DNA from: a virus
Lineage: Duplodnaviria > Heunggongvirae > Uroviricota > Caudoviricetes
Direction: 5' to 3' (one strand)
DNA: 64,000 nt
Virus record (IMG/VR): IMGVR_UViG_3300043399_000561
The first letter of the stretch is position 1; every line of letters starts with the position of its first letter. Made by a program: the position numbers and the translations under genes. Positions 8,848 to 16,035 of this stretch are shown here, in pieces. The notes below the pieces were generated by a model. The model saw only the letters and a list, made by a program, of their open reading frames with translations, was not told where the DNA came from and ran no database searches.

Positions 8848-8876
8848 TTTATACGATATAATAGGATAAATGTCAA
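8848..8876 (-). promoter_or_regulatory. sigma70-type promoter TTGACA-N17-TATAAA upstream of the intron-containing tRNA-Leu
   Basis: Exact 17-nt spacing; a second TTGACA sits ~55 nt closer to the tRNA at 8814-8809. Confidence 0.5.
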
Positions 8877-8939
8877 GAAGTTTTTTCAAAAAAGCACACA
8901 ATTTCAGAGAACCGAAAGAAATCAAACAAATTGGTATAA

Positions 8940-9017
<78 letters not shown>

Positions 9018-9020
9018 ATA

Positions 9021-9413
9021 TTAGAAGTGAACTACACCACTGTCAATGACAGGATGCTCATCGTCTGTGCGATCTACAATTGTGTAGGTGAATTTGGTTG
9101 TTCCAAACTCACGGAGCATATCTGAAACACTGTCTAGTGTGAAATCTTTACAAGAGTAAAGATCAAACTTGAAAAAGGATGGCTCACCAGACCAAAAATG
9201 AATGCTACTGTGACTAGTAGTAATGCCTACCATACCGGTAACACCTTCGTTACCTTCATCATCACAATATACGCAGATAGGATCAATCAATATTTTCATA
9301 TCAACTGCTTCAACCAATCGGCGGAACCAATCATTTAGTTGGGGAACATACTCTGGGCCAGGAGCCTCTGCTAGGTATCCTGTAACCAGGACGTGCTTAT
9401 TAACTTGAGCCAA
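9021..9413 (-). CDS. Pyruvoyl-type S-adenosylmethionine decarboxylase-like proenzyme (SpeD/SpeH family)
   Basis: Core motif VGITTSHSSIHFWSGE against the family consensus ESH(I/L)S(I/V)HTWPE; 130 aa, typical for the small prokaryotic class. Confidence 0.5.
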   Translation of the reverse strand: MAQVNKHVLVTGYLAEAPGPEYVPQLNDWFRRLVEAVDMKILIDPICVYCDDEGNEGVTGMVGITTSHSSIHFWSGEPSFFKFDLYSCKDFTLDSVSDMLREFGTTKFTYTIVDRTDDEHPVIDSGVVHF

Positions 9414-9491
9414 CTCATAAAACCTTTCTCATCAATTTTACTGTCAGACAGCGAATAACTATTTATCATTATGTGTGTAGTTTTTAAGAAA

Positions 9492-9566
9492 TGGTAGCGC
9501 CGAGGAATTCTGCCATCCTGACCTTTCGGGTGTAAACCGAATGCTCTACTTCTGAGCTACGGCGCC
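9492..9566 (-). tRNA. tRNA-Val(TAC) with non-canonical T-arm
   Basis: Anticodon loop TTTACAC and good acceptor, but the T-arm is a 4-bp AGGA/TCCT stem with a 9-nt loop TGGCAGAAT. Confidence 0.6.
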
Positions 9567-9578
9567 ATTATTAAAATA

Positions 9579-9656
9579 TGGTCGGGGTAGCAGGATTCGA
9601 ACCTGCGACCTCCTGCTCCCAAAGCAGGCCGTCTAACCAGACTGACGTACACCCCG
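9579..9656 (-). tRNA. tRNA-Pro(TGG)
   Basis: Anticodon loop TTTGGGA, T-loop TTCGAAT, CCA. Confidence 0.85.
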
Positions 9657-9663
9657 ATATTCT

Positions 9664-9737
9664 TGGTGGAGACGGAGGGAATCGAACCCTCAAGTGCGCC
9701 TTGCAAAGGCGCCAGTTTCCCGTTAGCTTACGTCCCC
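9664..9737 (-). tRNA. tRNA-Ala(TGC)
   Basis: Anticodon loop TTTGCAA; G3:U70 identity pair present; T-loop TTCGATT; CCA. Confidence 0.85.
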
Positions 9738-9757
9738 GTTGAACTATTTATATACTC

Positions 9758-9786
9758 ACTATAACATAGGCAAATTCCTATGTCAA
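9758..9786 (-). promoter_or_regulatory. sigma70-type promoter TTGACA-N17-TATAGT upstream of tRNA-Ala
   Basis: Exact N17 spacing; -10 lies ~20 nt upstream of the tRNA 5' end. Confidence 0.55.
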
Positions 9787-9795
9787 GAAAAAACT

Positions 9796-9872
9796 TGGTG
9801 CGCCCGGCAGGATTCGAACCTGCAACTTGAAGCTTAGAAGGCTCCTGCTCTATCCAGTTGAACTACGAGCGC
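9796..9872 (-). tRNA. tRNA-Arg(TCT)
   Basis: Anticodon loop CTTCTAA, T-loop TTCGAAT, CCA. Confidence 0.85.
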
Positions 9873-9927
9873 GTTATTCTTACTTATACGATAGATTGAA
9901 ACGAGTGTCAACCTCTTTTTTCAAGAA

Positions 9928-10003
9928 TGGTGCTCTAGGAGAGAATCGAACTCCCTGTCTCCGGGTTACAAATCCGGCGCATCGCCAGCAATGCTTCTAG
10001 AGC
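9928..10003 (-). tRNA. tRNA-Thr(TGT)
   Basis: Anticodon loop TTTGTAA with an A:C at the stem closing pair; T-loop TTCGATT; CCA. Confidence 0.7.
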
Positions 10004-10538
10004 GTAATATTTTGTTTCTTTGCTTGTATATAGCAGCGTTAGAGACACCTAGCATATTTTCTAGTTCTCCGATTCTGTGCTTGTCAAGCAATGCAATCAA
10101 GTCAATACTATCCCAATCTACCTTTCGGCTGTTACGCTGGGCACAAGTATGACTGCAAAACTGTTGTGCAACAGGCTTTTGGGCATCGCAGATTGGACAA
10201 GCATCATACTCTGACACTTTCTTGAAGTCAGCAAATGCTTCATTAAAACCTTCATACGTTTCCGGAAGTTCTAAGGCTCCTGCGTGAATCTCACTGTGGC
10301 AGTTGTGACAAACCAAAATACACTTTCTAAGTTCAGTTACGACCTTAGACCATGATTTTGGATTCGCTCTAGTACCACCGAATCCAATGTCTTTTTGACT
10401 AGGATCAATATGATGAAATGCCAGCGCAGCAGTATGCTTATCATACCCACAGCATTGACATTTCCCGCCCATTGCTTCTACCATCTTATTTTTGGTATTT
10501 TCTCTCCAGCGTTTTACTTTTTCTGATCCATAGCTCAT
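9966..10538 (-). CDS. HNH homing-endonuclease-like protein with Cys-rich zinc-binding N-terminus
   Basis: CHNCHSEIH HNH core and several CxxC pairs. The last 12 codons are read from the 5' half of tRNA-Thr, and the stop codon is the TAA in its anticodon loop. Confidence 0.6.
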   Translation of the reverse strand: MSYGSEKVKRWRENTKNKMVEAMGGKCQCCGYDKHTAALAFHHIDPSQKDIGFGGTRANPKSWSKVVTELRKCILVCHNCHSEIHAGALELPETYEGFNEAFADFKKVSEYDACPICDAQKPVAQQFCSHTCAQRNSRKVDWDSIDLIALLDKHRIGELENMLGVSNAAIYKQRNKILRSRSIAGDAPDL

Positions 10539-10597
10539 AATATAACCTCTAACCTGTAATTCTATTTATCATAAAGTTGCAGGTTAGAGGTTTTAAT

Positions 10598-10674
10598 TGG
10601 CTCCGACACCAGGACTCGAACCTGGAAAAACGCTGATTAACAGTCAGCTGGGTCTACCATTCCCCCATGTCGGA
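10598..10674 (-). tRNA. tRNA-Asn(GTT), copy 1
   Basis: Anticodon loop CTGTTAA, T-loop TTCGAGT, discriminator G, CCA. Confidence 0.8.
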
Positions 10675-10700
10675 ATGAACTCTATAAACTATTTAACTTG

Positions 10701-10729
10701 ACTATAGCAGCCTGACAAATAAATGTCAA
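10701..10729 (-). promoter_or_regulatory. sigma70-type promoter TTGACA-N17-TATAGT upstream of tRNA-Asn
   Basis: Exact N17 spacing. Confidence 0.55.
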
Positions 10730-11292
10730 GCTGCTATTTTCAAGATCCTACTGTGCTTGGGAACACCTGAAATCAAGTAATCCATCTGATCCGCAAGAAT
10801 GTTGCGGTTCTGTAGAATCAAGCTTTCATAGTGGTTCGGCTCGTAGGGAATGTAACGCAATTCCATACCACTTTGCTTTAATGTCTTGCAACCCTTCTTT
10901 TGGTTACAGTCAAAGCAAGATGTTACGACATTAGTCCATTCGTCCAAACCGCCCAAGAACCTCGGGACAATGTGGTCACGACTCAAATCATACTTACTTG
11001 CGAAATGATTTCCACAGTAAGCACAGATATGTCTGTCACGAGCAAACAATGTAGGGTTCGTAAGAACTACTTTGTTGTGCTTTTTGAAATCGAAACCGTT
11101 ACCCCTAATAGCAATAATGCTAGGAGTTTCTAGATAGCTACGAGTACCATCGTTCTTGTAACCACCGTTGTATCTAGCAATTACATCACCTAGACTCCAA
11201 GCTACCAGATTTTTTGCGTGATACGAAATTGCTTCGTCGTGGGAGACCCACGTTCTGGGGACACCCGATATGTCTAAGGCTAGAACTGCCAT
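10726..11292 (-). CDS. HNH homing endonuclease
   Basis: DHIVPRFLGGLDEWTNVVTSCFDCNQKKG, a canonical HNH motif. Confidence 0.7.
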   Translation of the reverse strand: MAVLALDISGVPRTWVSHDEAISYHAKNLVAWSLGDVIARYNGGYKNDGTRSYLETPSIIAIRGNGFDFKKHNKVVLTNPTLFARDRHICAYCGNHFASKYDLSRDHIVPRFLGGLDEWTNVVTSCFDCNQKKGCKTLKQSGMELRYIPYEPNHYESLILQNRNILADQMDYLISGVPKHSRILKIAA

Positions 11293-11396
11293 AATAAACT
11301 CCTGTTATTCTTTCTATATTTACTAATCTACAAAGTGACTTCCCTATTGTCTGTTCACTGTACATTTGTTTGACCGAATTGTCAACCAAAATCTTT

Positions 11397-11482
11397 TGGT
11401 GCACGGAAGAGGATTCGAACCTCTACACCATTTCTGATAGTACCCCCTCAAGATACCGCGTCTGCCGTTTCGCCACCCGTGC
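11397..11482 (-). tRNA. tRNA-Leu(GAG), type II
   Basis: Leu-type 3-bp D-stem, anticodon loop TTGAGGG, variable arm, T-loop TTCGAAT, CCA. Confidence 0.75.
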
Positions 11483-12128
11483 GTGAATCCCACTCTTGTA
11501 TGTCTTTCATAAGCTCATCAATAGTACAGCTATTTTTCCAAGTCTTTTTGGCGTTAGCTGAATGTAAGACGAACTCGCAATTAGCAGGATGTGATATAAT
11601 CTTAGGATCAATATTGTTAGTAAATCCGTAATGCACTGATATACGATGATCACGGACTACCCCAGTAGGATTAATCTTTTTATGATACATACCGTGTTCT
11701 TGTAGAAGACAGTACCCTTTAACTTTTTCTATACAGGATGATAAGTGGAATGAGCAATCTTCCTTATACATCACCTTGCAAAGTGCTTGCTCATCAGTTA
11801 TCTTTCTTTTACCTGTCATGTTCGTGGCCCAAGAACGGATGCTTTCATGAGTATCTTTAGTGAGACCTTTTGCCCAAGCCATCCTCTGTTTAGAATCTTC
11901 GGACAATGTTGCATAGCGTTCCTTAGCACTTACTCGTTTACCGCTCTCATAAGCGTTCTTTGTGTTAGCACTATTTCTTGCTCTAACAGCAGGGCATTTG
12001 TTAGGAACAATCTCGCACGAAAGTTTGCCACTTGAGGTAGAGTAGTGTGCAATATTGCCACACCCATAACTACATAACTCATCAGTGGTGATCTTTATTC
12101 CTGATTTAATAGGCATTTGTTTCTCCAT
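11448..12128 (-). CDS. HNH-family homing endonuclease
   Basis: DHRISVHYGFTNNIDPKIISHPANCEFVLHSANAKK. The C-terminal ~12 codons and the TGA stop lie inside tRNA-Leu(GAG). Confidence 0.6.
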   Translation of the reverse strand: MEKQMPIKSGIKITTDELCSYGCGNIAHYSTSSGKLSCEIVPNKCPAVRARNSANTKNAYESGKRVSAKERYATLSEDSKQRMAWAKGLTKDTHESIRSWATNMTGKRKITDEQALCKVMYKEDCSFHLSSCIEKVKGYCLLQEHGMYHKKINPTGVVRDHRISVHYGFTNNIDPKIISHPANCEFVLHSANAKKTWKNSCTIDELMKDIQEWDSRTGGETADAVS

Positions 12129-12176
12129 TGGTATACACGCAAGTATTTATCTTTTGCATACCAATCGGTATTAATT

Positions 12177-12267
12177 TGGTACTCCTGCTCGGATTCGAAC
12201 CGAGACCGACCCCTAATCTGGGCTCCGGGATATAAATCCGGCCACTCTACCATTAAGCTACAGGAGT
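12177..12267 (-). tRNA. Unusual 91-nt type II tRNA, anticodon apparently TAT
   Basis: Perfect 7-bp acceptor, T-arm CTCGG TTCGAAT CCGAG, CCA and a long variable arm. The anticodon arm is CCGGA TTTATAT CCCGG, which is either a 4-bp stem with a 9-nt loop or a stem with an A:C closing pair. Confidence 0.5.
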
Positions 12268-12279
12268 ATGAAACTTGCT

Positions 12280-12352
12280 TGGTGCCTCGTGAGGGATTTG
12301 AACCCCCGGCCTTTGCTTTACGAAAGCACTGCACTACCACTGTGCTAACGAG
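12280..12352 (-). tRNA. tRNA-Thr(CGT)
   Basis: Anticodon loop TTCGTAA on a 4-bp stem, T-loop TTCAAAT, CCA. Confidence 0.65.
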
Positions 12353-12354
12353 GC

Positions 12355-12693
12355 TCAGAATGAGTTGTTATTTTTATGCCACTGACCATAAACACAATGT
12401 AAAAACTCGTGCCCTACATATTCCGGTTCATATCTAACTGATGGGTCAATCATATGAATTGTGCAAGTGTCAAACGGATATTTCAACACAGTAAATGCAG
12501 CAGTTTTGCCAGGGAGCTTTTTTTCAGCTACAACCTTACTAAACTCTTGTTCTGTTTTATAAGTTACGATGTTAACTTTCACCGTTTGTCGTTCATACTG
12601 TTTTTTACCAAACGTATATCCGTCCTTACCTGGAGTAGGACCTTGATTACAACTTACCAATAATAGCAATAATGTTGCACATAATTTTTTCAT
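12355..12693 (-). CDS. Small lipoprotein with HExxH zinc-metallopeptidase-like motif
   Basis: Signal peptide plus lipobox LLVSCN. Motif HEFLHCVYGQWH gives HExxH plus a third His 7 residues downstream. 112 aa. Confidence 0.45.
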   Translation of the reverse strand: MKKLCATLLLLLVSCNQGPTPGKDGYTFGKKQYERQTVKVNIVTYKTEQEFSKVVAEKKLPGKTAAFTVLKYPFDTCTIHMIDPSVRYEPEYVGHEFLHCVYGQWHKNNNSF

Positions 12694-12901
12694 AGAGAAT
12701 CTCCCTATGATATTTAGTAAATTATAGTGGGCCCGTCACCACAACATAGACGGCATTATGCGGAATTTATCAGCGCCTCCGCTTGTGGATAGCTTGCTAT
12801 CCTTTGGGTAAGTTATTGCAGATTACTTTCAGGTTAGCCTTCGCACCGTCTCCAATGTATGCCTACACGGGATTTCATCTTACTAACACCCACTATAAAC
12901 T

Positions 12902-12985
12902 TGGTGCCCCGAGAGGGACTTGAACCCCCACGCCTTTCAGCAAAAGATTTTGAGTCTTCCGTGGCTACCATTACACCATCGGGGC
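12902..12985 (-). tRNA. tRNA-Leu(CAA), type II
   Basis: Anticodon loop CTCAAAA, variable arm, T-loop TTCAAGT, CCA. Confidence 0.8.
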
Positions 12986-13104
12986 AAGAAACTAGGCCCG
13001 GGATATTTATACTGCATACGGGCGGCGCAGTATCGGTTCAGCCTAGCGCATAGCTTATTGTGCCTTGAGAACACTCCGGTGCACCGCGTTTCTCTTCCGA
13101 TATT

Positions 13105-13188
13105 TGGTGCGGGTAGAGGGACTTGAACCCCCACGCGATTAAGCAACAGATTCTAAGTCTGCCGTGGCTACCATTACACCATACCCGC
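13105..13188 (-). tRNA. tRNA-Leu(TAG), type II
   Basis: Anticodon loop CTTAGAA; close paralogue of the Leu(CAA) gene; CCA. Confidence 0.8.
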
Positions 13189-13339
13189 ATTTAAAATTAT
13201 TTACTCGCCGTGACTCGTATCTCAAATAAAGTCACCGATAGTTCTTTCAACTACTGCTACGGCCTTCGGGTACACTCTCGCTCGGATTGAGCATAGAGCA
13301 AGGTCACATACGGCATACCGTACACACACGAGTAAAATT

Positions 13340-13415
13340 TGGTGCCGCCTCGAGGTTTCGATCCCCGTTCTTCGGTGCTTCAAACCGACGCTATCACCAG
13401 ATCAGCTAAAGCGGC
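13340..13415 (-). tRNA. tRNA-Phe(GAA)
   Basis: Anticodon loop TTGAAGC, T-loop ATCGAAA (unusual), CCA. Confidence 0.7.
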
Positions 13416-13967
13416 ATTTAAGTCATTATATTGTTCTTTCTCTATAATGAGAATCTTCTTGTCAGGATGCTGTTCTATTACTGCATCCATCTTAGCTCTA
13501 TCATTGCCCCACCATCTGCCCTTTATCTCAACATAAAGATCAAAAGCAGGAAGATAGAAATCAGGAGTGTAGTTCTTTGTTATTCCATCTAGAACATACT
13601 TCCAAGACTTGCATCTTTCCCAAGCAATGTTATTATCGTTACAGTATAAAGCAAAAGTCCTTTCCCAGGTACCTTGCACTTTCTTACCGCTCACTTCAAA
13701 CCATTTACTCTTGCCACCTGGATTATGCTGTGACATTCGTTCGGACAATCGTTTACGAGCATCCTCGCCCATTACAGTAGGACCGTATTCAGCAATGCGA
13801 AGTTTTGTAGCTTCAGATTTAGTCCTAGTAATTAGGTCGCCGCGATTTTTGGCATTGACCAATGAGTTAAAAGCGAGTCCGTGCTTCTGTTGCAGGCCTC
13901 TAAAGCTCAACCCAGCGTCATAATCTTTCTGTATTTCAGCCCAATCGTAATGTTTCTTGTGTGGCAT
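13380..13967 (-). CDS. PD-(D/E)xK-type homing endonuclease with N-terminal HTH-like region
   Basis: DFYLPAFDLYVEIKG gives D...E-x-K. The last 11 codons (AALADLVIASV) are the 5' 33 nt of tRNA-Phe read in frame, and the TGA stop sits in its anticodon loop. Confidence 0.55.
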   Translation of the reverse strand: MPHKKHYDWAEIQKDYDAGLSFRGLQQKHGLAFNSLVNAKNRGDLITRTKSEATKLRIAEYGPTVMGEDARKRLSERMSQHNPGGKSKWFEVSGKKVQGTWERTFALYCNDNNIAWERCKSWKYVLDGITKNYTPDFYLPAFDLYVEIKGRWWGNDRAKMDAVIEQHPDKKILIIEKEQYNDLNAALADLVIASV

Positions 13968-13992
13968 TTGTGTTCTCCGTGATACTATTTAT

Positions 13993-14036
13993 CCCAGATA
14001 CACAATCAACTGCTCTACCAACTGAGCTACAGAGGC
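13993..14036 (-). pseudogene. 5' tRNA fragment (acceptor plus D-arm only) directly upstream of the endonuclease start codon
   Basis: GCCTCTGTAGCTCAGTTGGTAGAGCAG followed by no anticodon arm or T-arm; the endonuclease ATG follows at 13967. Confidence 0.5.
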
Positions 14037-14195
14037 AAAAACTATTGACTGGCTGCGTCACACCTACGCGATTTAACAGGATAGACTGTCCTGACCAATC
14101 TTTAGTTTAGTAAAATAACAATGTCAAAGAATAGAAAGCATCGCTCTCTATAGTCTTGTTATAGCAAACAATGATAGTGTTGTCAACTATTATTT

Positions 14196-14273
14196 TGGTC
14201 ACGCCGACGAGATTCGAACTCGCATTCTCCGACTTGAAAGGACGAACTCTTATGCCAATTAGAGGACGGCGTG
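14196..14273 (-). tRNA. tRNA with anticodon TTC (Glu-like), imperfect anticodon stem
   Basis: Good acceptor, D-arm and T-arm (TTCGAAT) with CCA; anticodon stem TCGTC/GTCGG has a T:T mismatch; loop CTTTCAA. Confidence 0.5.
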
Positions 14274-14279
14274 ATATCT

Positions 14280-14363
14280 TGGTGGGCCGGTGTGGACTTG
14301 AACCACGCCCCGAAGGATGAGTTTTACAGACTCACTGCTAAATCCAATTAGCTTTACCGTCCC
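14280..14363 (-). tRNA. tRNA-Tyr(GTA), type II, copy 2
   Basis: Anticodon loop CTGTAAA, variable arm, T-loop TTCAAGT, CCA; one A:G mismatch in the acceptor stem. Confidence 0.7.
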
Positions 14364-14370
14364 ATTAACT

Positions 14371-14555
14371 TGGTGAGGGCGACCAGATTCGAACTGGCAG
14401 AAGTCGTTACCAAAGCATTACCAGTGGCTGCCATCAGGTTCAAAGACTGCCGCGAGTCTACAAAAAATACCCCTAGGCACTTGCGAACAAACTCGGGTGT
14501 TACCCCAATCGTTCCTTACTTTAACGATGCGTATACCTATTTCCGCTACGCCCTC
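14371..14555 (-). ncRNA. 185-nt tRNA-like gene: Leu-type tRNA with ~100-nt insertion in the anticodon loop (small intron or disrupted tRNA)
   Basis: Perfect acceptor GAGGGCG/CGCCCTC with A and CCA, T-arm GCCAG TTCGAAT CTGGT, Leu-like D-arm GCGGAAATAGGTATACGC. The anticodon-stem 5' strand TCGTT pairs with AACGA about 100 nt downstream; the 3' exon loop then reads CTTTGGT, a possible TTG anticodon. Confidence 0.45.
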
Positions 14556-14565
14556 ATATAATCTT

Positions 14566-14641
14566 GGTGGAGCCTACGGGGATCAAACCCGTGACCTTTT
14601 GTCTGCCAGACAAATGCTCTCTCATCTGAGCTAAAGCCCCA
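14566..14641 (-). tRNA. tRNA-Ala(GGC)
   Basis: Anticodon loop CTGGCAG; G3:U70 present; T-loop TTTGATC; CCA. Confidence 0.75.
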
Positions 14642-14648
14642 ATATCGG

Positions 14649-14731
14649 AGGAGTGTGATGGCATCGAACCATGTACCTTTCGGTACCTACTGATTTCGAA
14701 TCAGTGCGGGGAGCCAACCCCAGCACACTCC
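14649..14731 (-). tRNA. tRNA-Ser(CGA), type II, no encoded CCA
   Basis: Anticodon loop TTCGAAA; variable hairpin GGTACCGAAAGGTAC; T-arm ATGG TTCGATG CCAT. Confidence 0.65.
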
Positions 14732-14805
14732 AATCTCGCGGGGGAGTTGCACTGTCCCCCTTCCCTCAATCTGCTATTGTGCAACGCAGTAATGAGGAGT
14801 ATTTC

Positions 14806-14881
14806 TGGTCGGGAAGACAGGGATCGAACCTGCGACCTCGGCGTCCCGAACGCCGCGCTCTACCACCTGAGCTACTTCCCG
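14806..14881 (-). tRNA. tRNA-Pro(CGG)
   Basis: Anticodon loop TTCGGGA, T-loop TTCGATC, CCA. Confidence 0.8.
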
Positions 14882-15018
14882 TTGTTATTCTTTAATCTAT
14901 CAAAAGCACGTTTCATCCGCGCTCTTGCTTCTTCTGCTTCTTTTCCTTTGAGGACTCTTACGCCCTCAAAAACACGGTTGCTCGTGTAGTTGCTAAAGTC
15001 AGGTAAATCAGACTTCAT
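14872..15018 (-). CDS. Possible small basic protein (48 aa)
   Basis: MKSDLPDFSNYTSNRVFEGVRVLKGKEAEEARARMKRAFDRLKNNNGK, taken from the internal ATG of the listed ORF. The upstream part of that ORF is tRNA sequence, and the stop overlaps tRNA-Pro by 10 nt. Confidence 0.2.
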   Translation of the reverse strand: MKSDLPDFSNYTSNRVFEGVRVLKGKEAEEARARMKRAFDRLKNNNGK

Positions 15019-15034
15019 AATGATTTCCTTTAAA

Positions 15035-15113
15035 TGGTCGGGATAGCAGGACTCGAACCTGCGACCTCTTGTCCCCCAGACAAGCGCGCTAAACCAGGCT
15101 GCGCCATACCCCG
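15035..15113 (-). tRNA. tRNA-Pro(GGG)
   Basis: Anticodon loop CTGGGGG, T-loop TTCGAGT, CCA. Confidence 0.75.
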
Positions 15114-15192
15114 TTGAATTGGCCGCCCCCTTTATTTTCCGTCCCCTTGCACTGAATAAACAGTAAAGCACAAGGTGAGAGGGCGATAAGAT

Positions 15193-15288
15193 TGGTGGAC
15201 TGTGAAGGATTCGAACCTTCGAGTGGCCGTCGCCAATGAGTACCATACTTAATGGGAATCGAACCCAATCCTCTTCCAGGAACAGTCC
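15193..15288 (-). pseudogene. Chimeric or pseudo tRNA (96 nt): intact acceptor, T-arm and CCA, but a non-foldable core containing a second internal T-arm-like segment
   Basis: GGACTGT...ACAGTCC A CCA with T-arm GAAGG TTCGAAT CCTTC. Interior holds TGGG TTCGATT CCCA and a hairpin TGGC GACG GCCA. No D-arm or anticodon arm can be drawn. Confidence 0.4.
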
Positions 15289-15294
15289 AATTAG

Positions 15295-15384
15295 TGGCGG
15301 AGTCGGTGAGATTCGAACTCACGGTACCCTTACGAGTACAACACCTTTCCAGGGTGTCACAATCGGCCACTCTGTCACGACTCC
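15295..15384 (-). tRNA. tRNA-Ser(GGA), type II
   Basis: Anticodon loop CTGGAAA; near-identical D-arm and variable arm to tRNA-Ser(TGA); CCA. Confidence 0.85.
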
Positions 15385-15522
15385 AGTATTTGGCGCGACC
15401 ACTTATTTTCTATGCCGACTACTACTTTCGGAAGGTAGCTCTTGCATGTGGCCGCATAAGAATGGAAAAGCGGTGACGTTTTTTCGTCACTATTATAGTG
15501 GTATCACTCGCCGCCATAAACT

Positions 15523-15597
15523 TGGTGCGCGATGCAGGAGTTGAACCTGCCGCCTCTTCCATGTCAAGGAAGCGTTCTACCGATGAACTAATCGCGC
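15523..15597 (-). tRNA. tRNA-Val(GAC)
   Basis: Anticodon loop TTGACAT, T-loop TTCAACT, CCA. Confidence 0.8.
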
Positions 15598-15604
15598 ATT
15601 GAAT

Positions 15605-15679
15605 TGGCTGACTAAGTAGGACTCGAACCTACATATCCTTCATTAACAGTGAAGTTCATTACCATTATGATATTAGCCA
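15605..15679 (-). tRNA. tRNA-Asn(GTT), copy 2
   Basis: Anticodon loop CTGTTAA, T-loop TTCGAGT, CCA. Confidence 0.8.
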
Positions 15680-15737
15680 ATGAAACTGTGTGCGTTTTTA
15701 AAAAGGGACGCACGGCCCGAGCAGCCGAAGCTGTAAC

Positions 15738-15815
15738 TGGGGTGGGTGAAGGGATTCGAACCCTCGACATTCGGCACCACAAGCCGACGCTCTAACCAAC
15801 TGAGCTACACTCACC
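15738..15815 (-). tRNA. tRNA-His(GTG) with encoded G-1
   Basis: Anticodon loop TTGTGGT; extra 5' G pairs with discriminator C73; CCA. Confidence 0.8.
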
Positions 15816-15821
15816 ATGAAT

Positions 15822-15897
15822 TGGAGGACCCGCCCGGGCTCGAACCGGGGACCTAGAGATTAAAAGTCTCCCACTCTACCTACTGAGTTACGGGTCC
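15822..15897 (-). tRNA. tRNA-Lys(TTT), copy 2
   Basis: Anticodon loop CTTTTAA, T-loop TTCGAGC, CCA. Confidence 0.85.
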
Positions 15898-15947
15898 GTA
15901 AAACTCTCAGCTTCGGCTGTAGACCGAACTTAATCGGTCTTAAAAAC

Positions 15948-16024
15948 TGGTGCAACCAGAAGGATTCGAACCTTCAACCTTCGGTTTCGTAGACCGATGC
16001 TCTATCCAGTTGAGCCATGGCTGC
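15948..16024 (-). tRNA. tRNA-Arg(ACG)
   Basis: Anticodon loop CTACGAA, T-loop TTCGAAT, CCA. Confidence 0.85.
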
Positions 16025-16035
16025 GTGAAATTGTT

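Noticed and set aside
14737-14757. GC-rich hairpin GGGGGA(GTTGCACTG)TCCCCC between tRNA-Ser(CGA) and tRNA-Pro(CGG) as a terminator
   Set aside because: It is not followed by a U-tract on either strand. It is more likely a tRNA-processing spacer structure or a remnant of a decayed tRNA.
14872-15246. 124-aa ORF as listed in the track
   Set aside because: The N-terminal 75 codons are tRNA-Pro(GGG) and intergenic sequence read in frame. Only the terminal 48 codons from the internal ATG could be a real small gene, and even that is low confidence.
15236-15262. Second T-arm-like motif (TGGGTTCGATTCCCA) as a separate tRNA gene
   Set aside because: No matching 5' acceptor strand lies within 70-95 nt, and the flanking sequence cannot form D-arm or anticodon arms. 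It is treated as part of the chimeric pseudo-tRNA 15193-15288.
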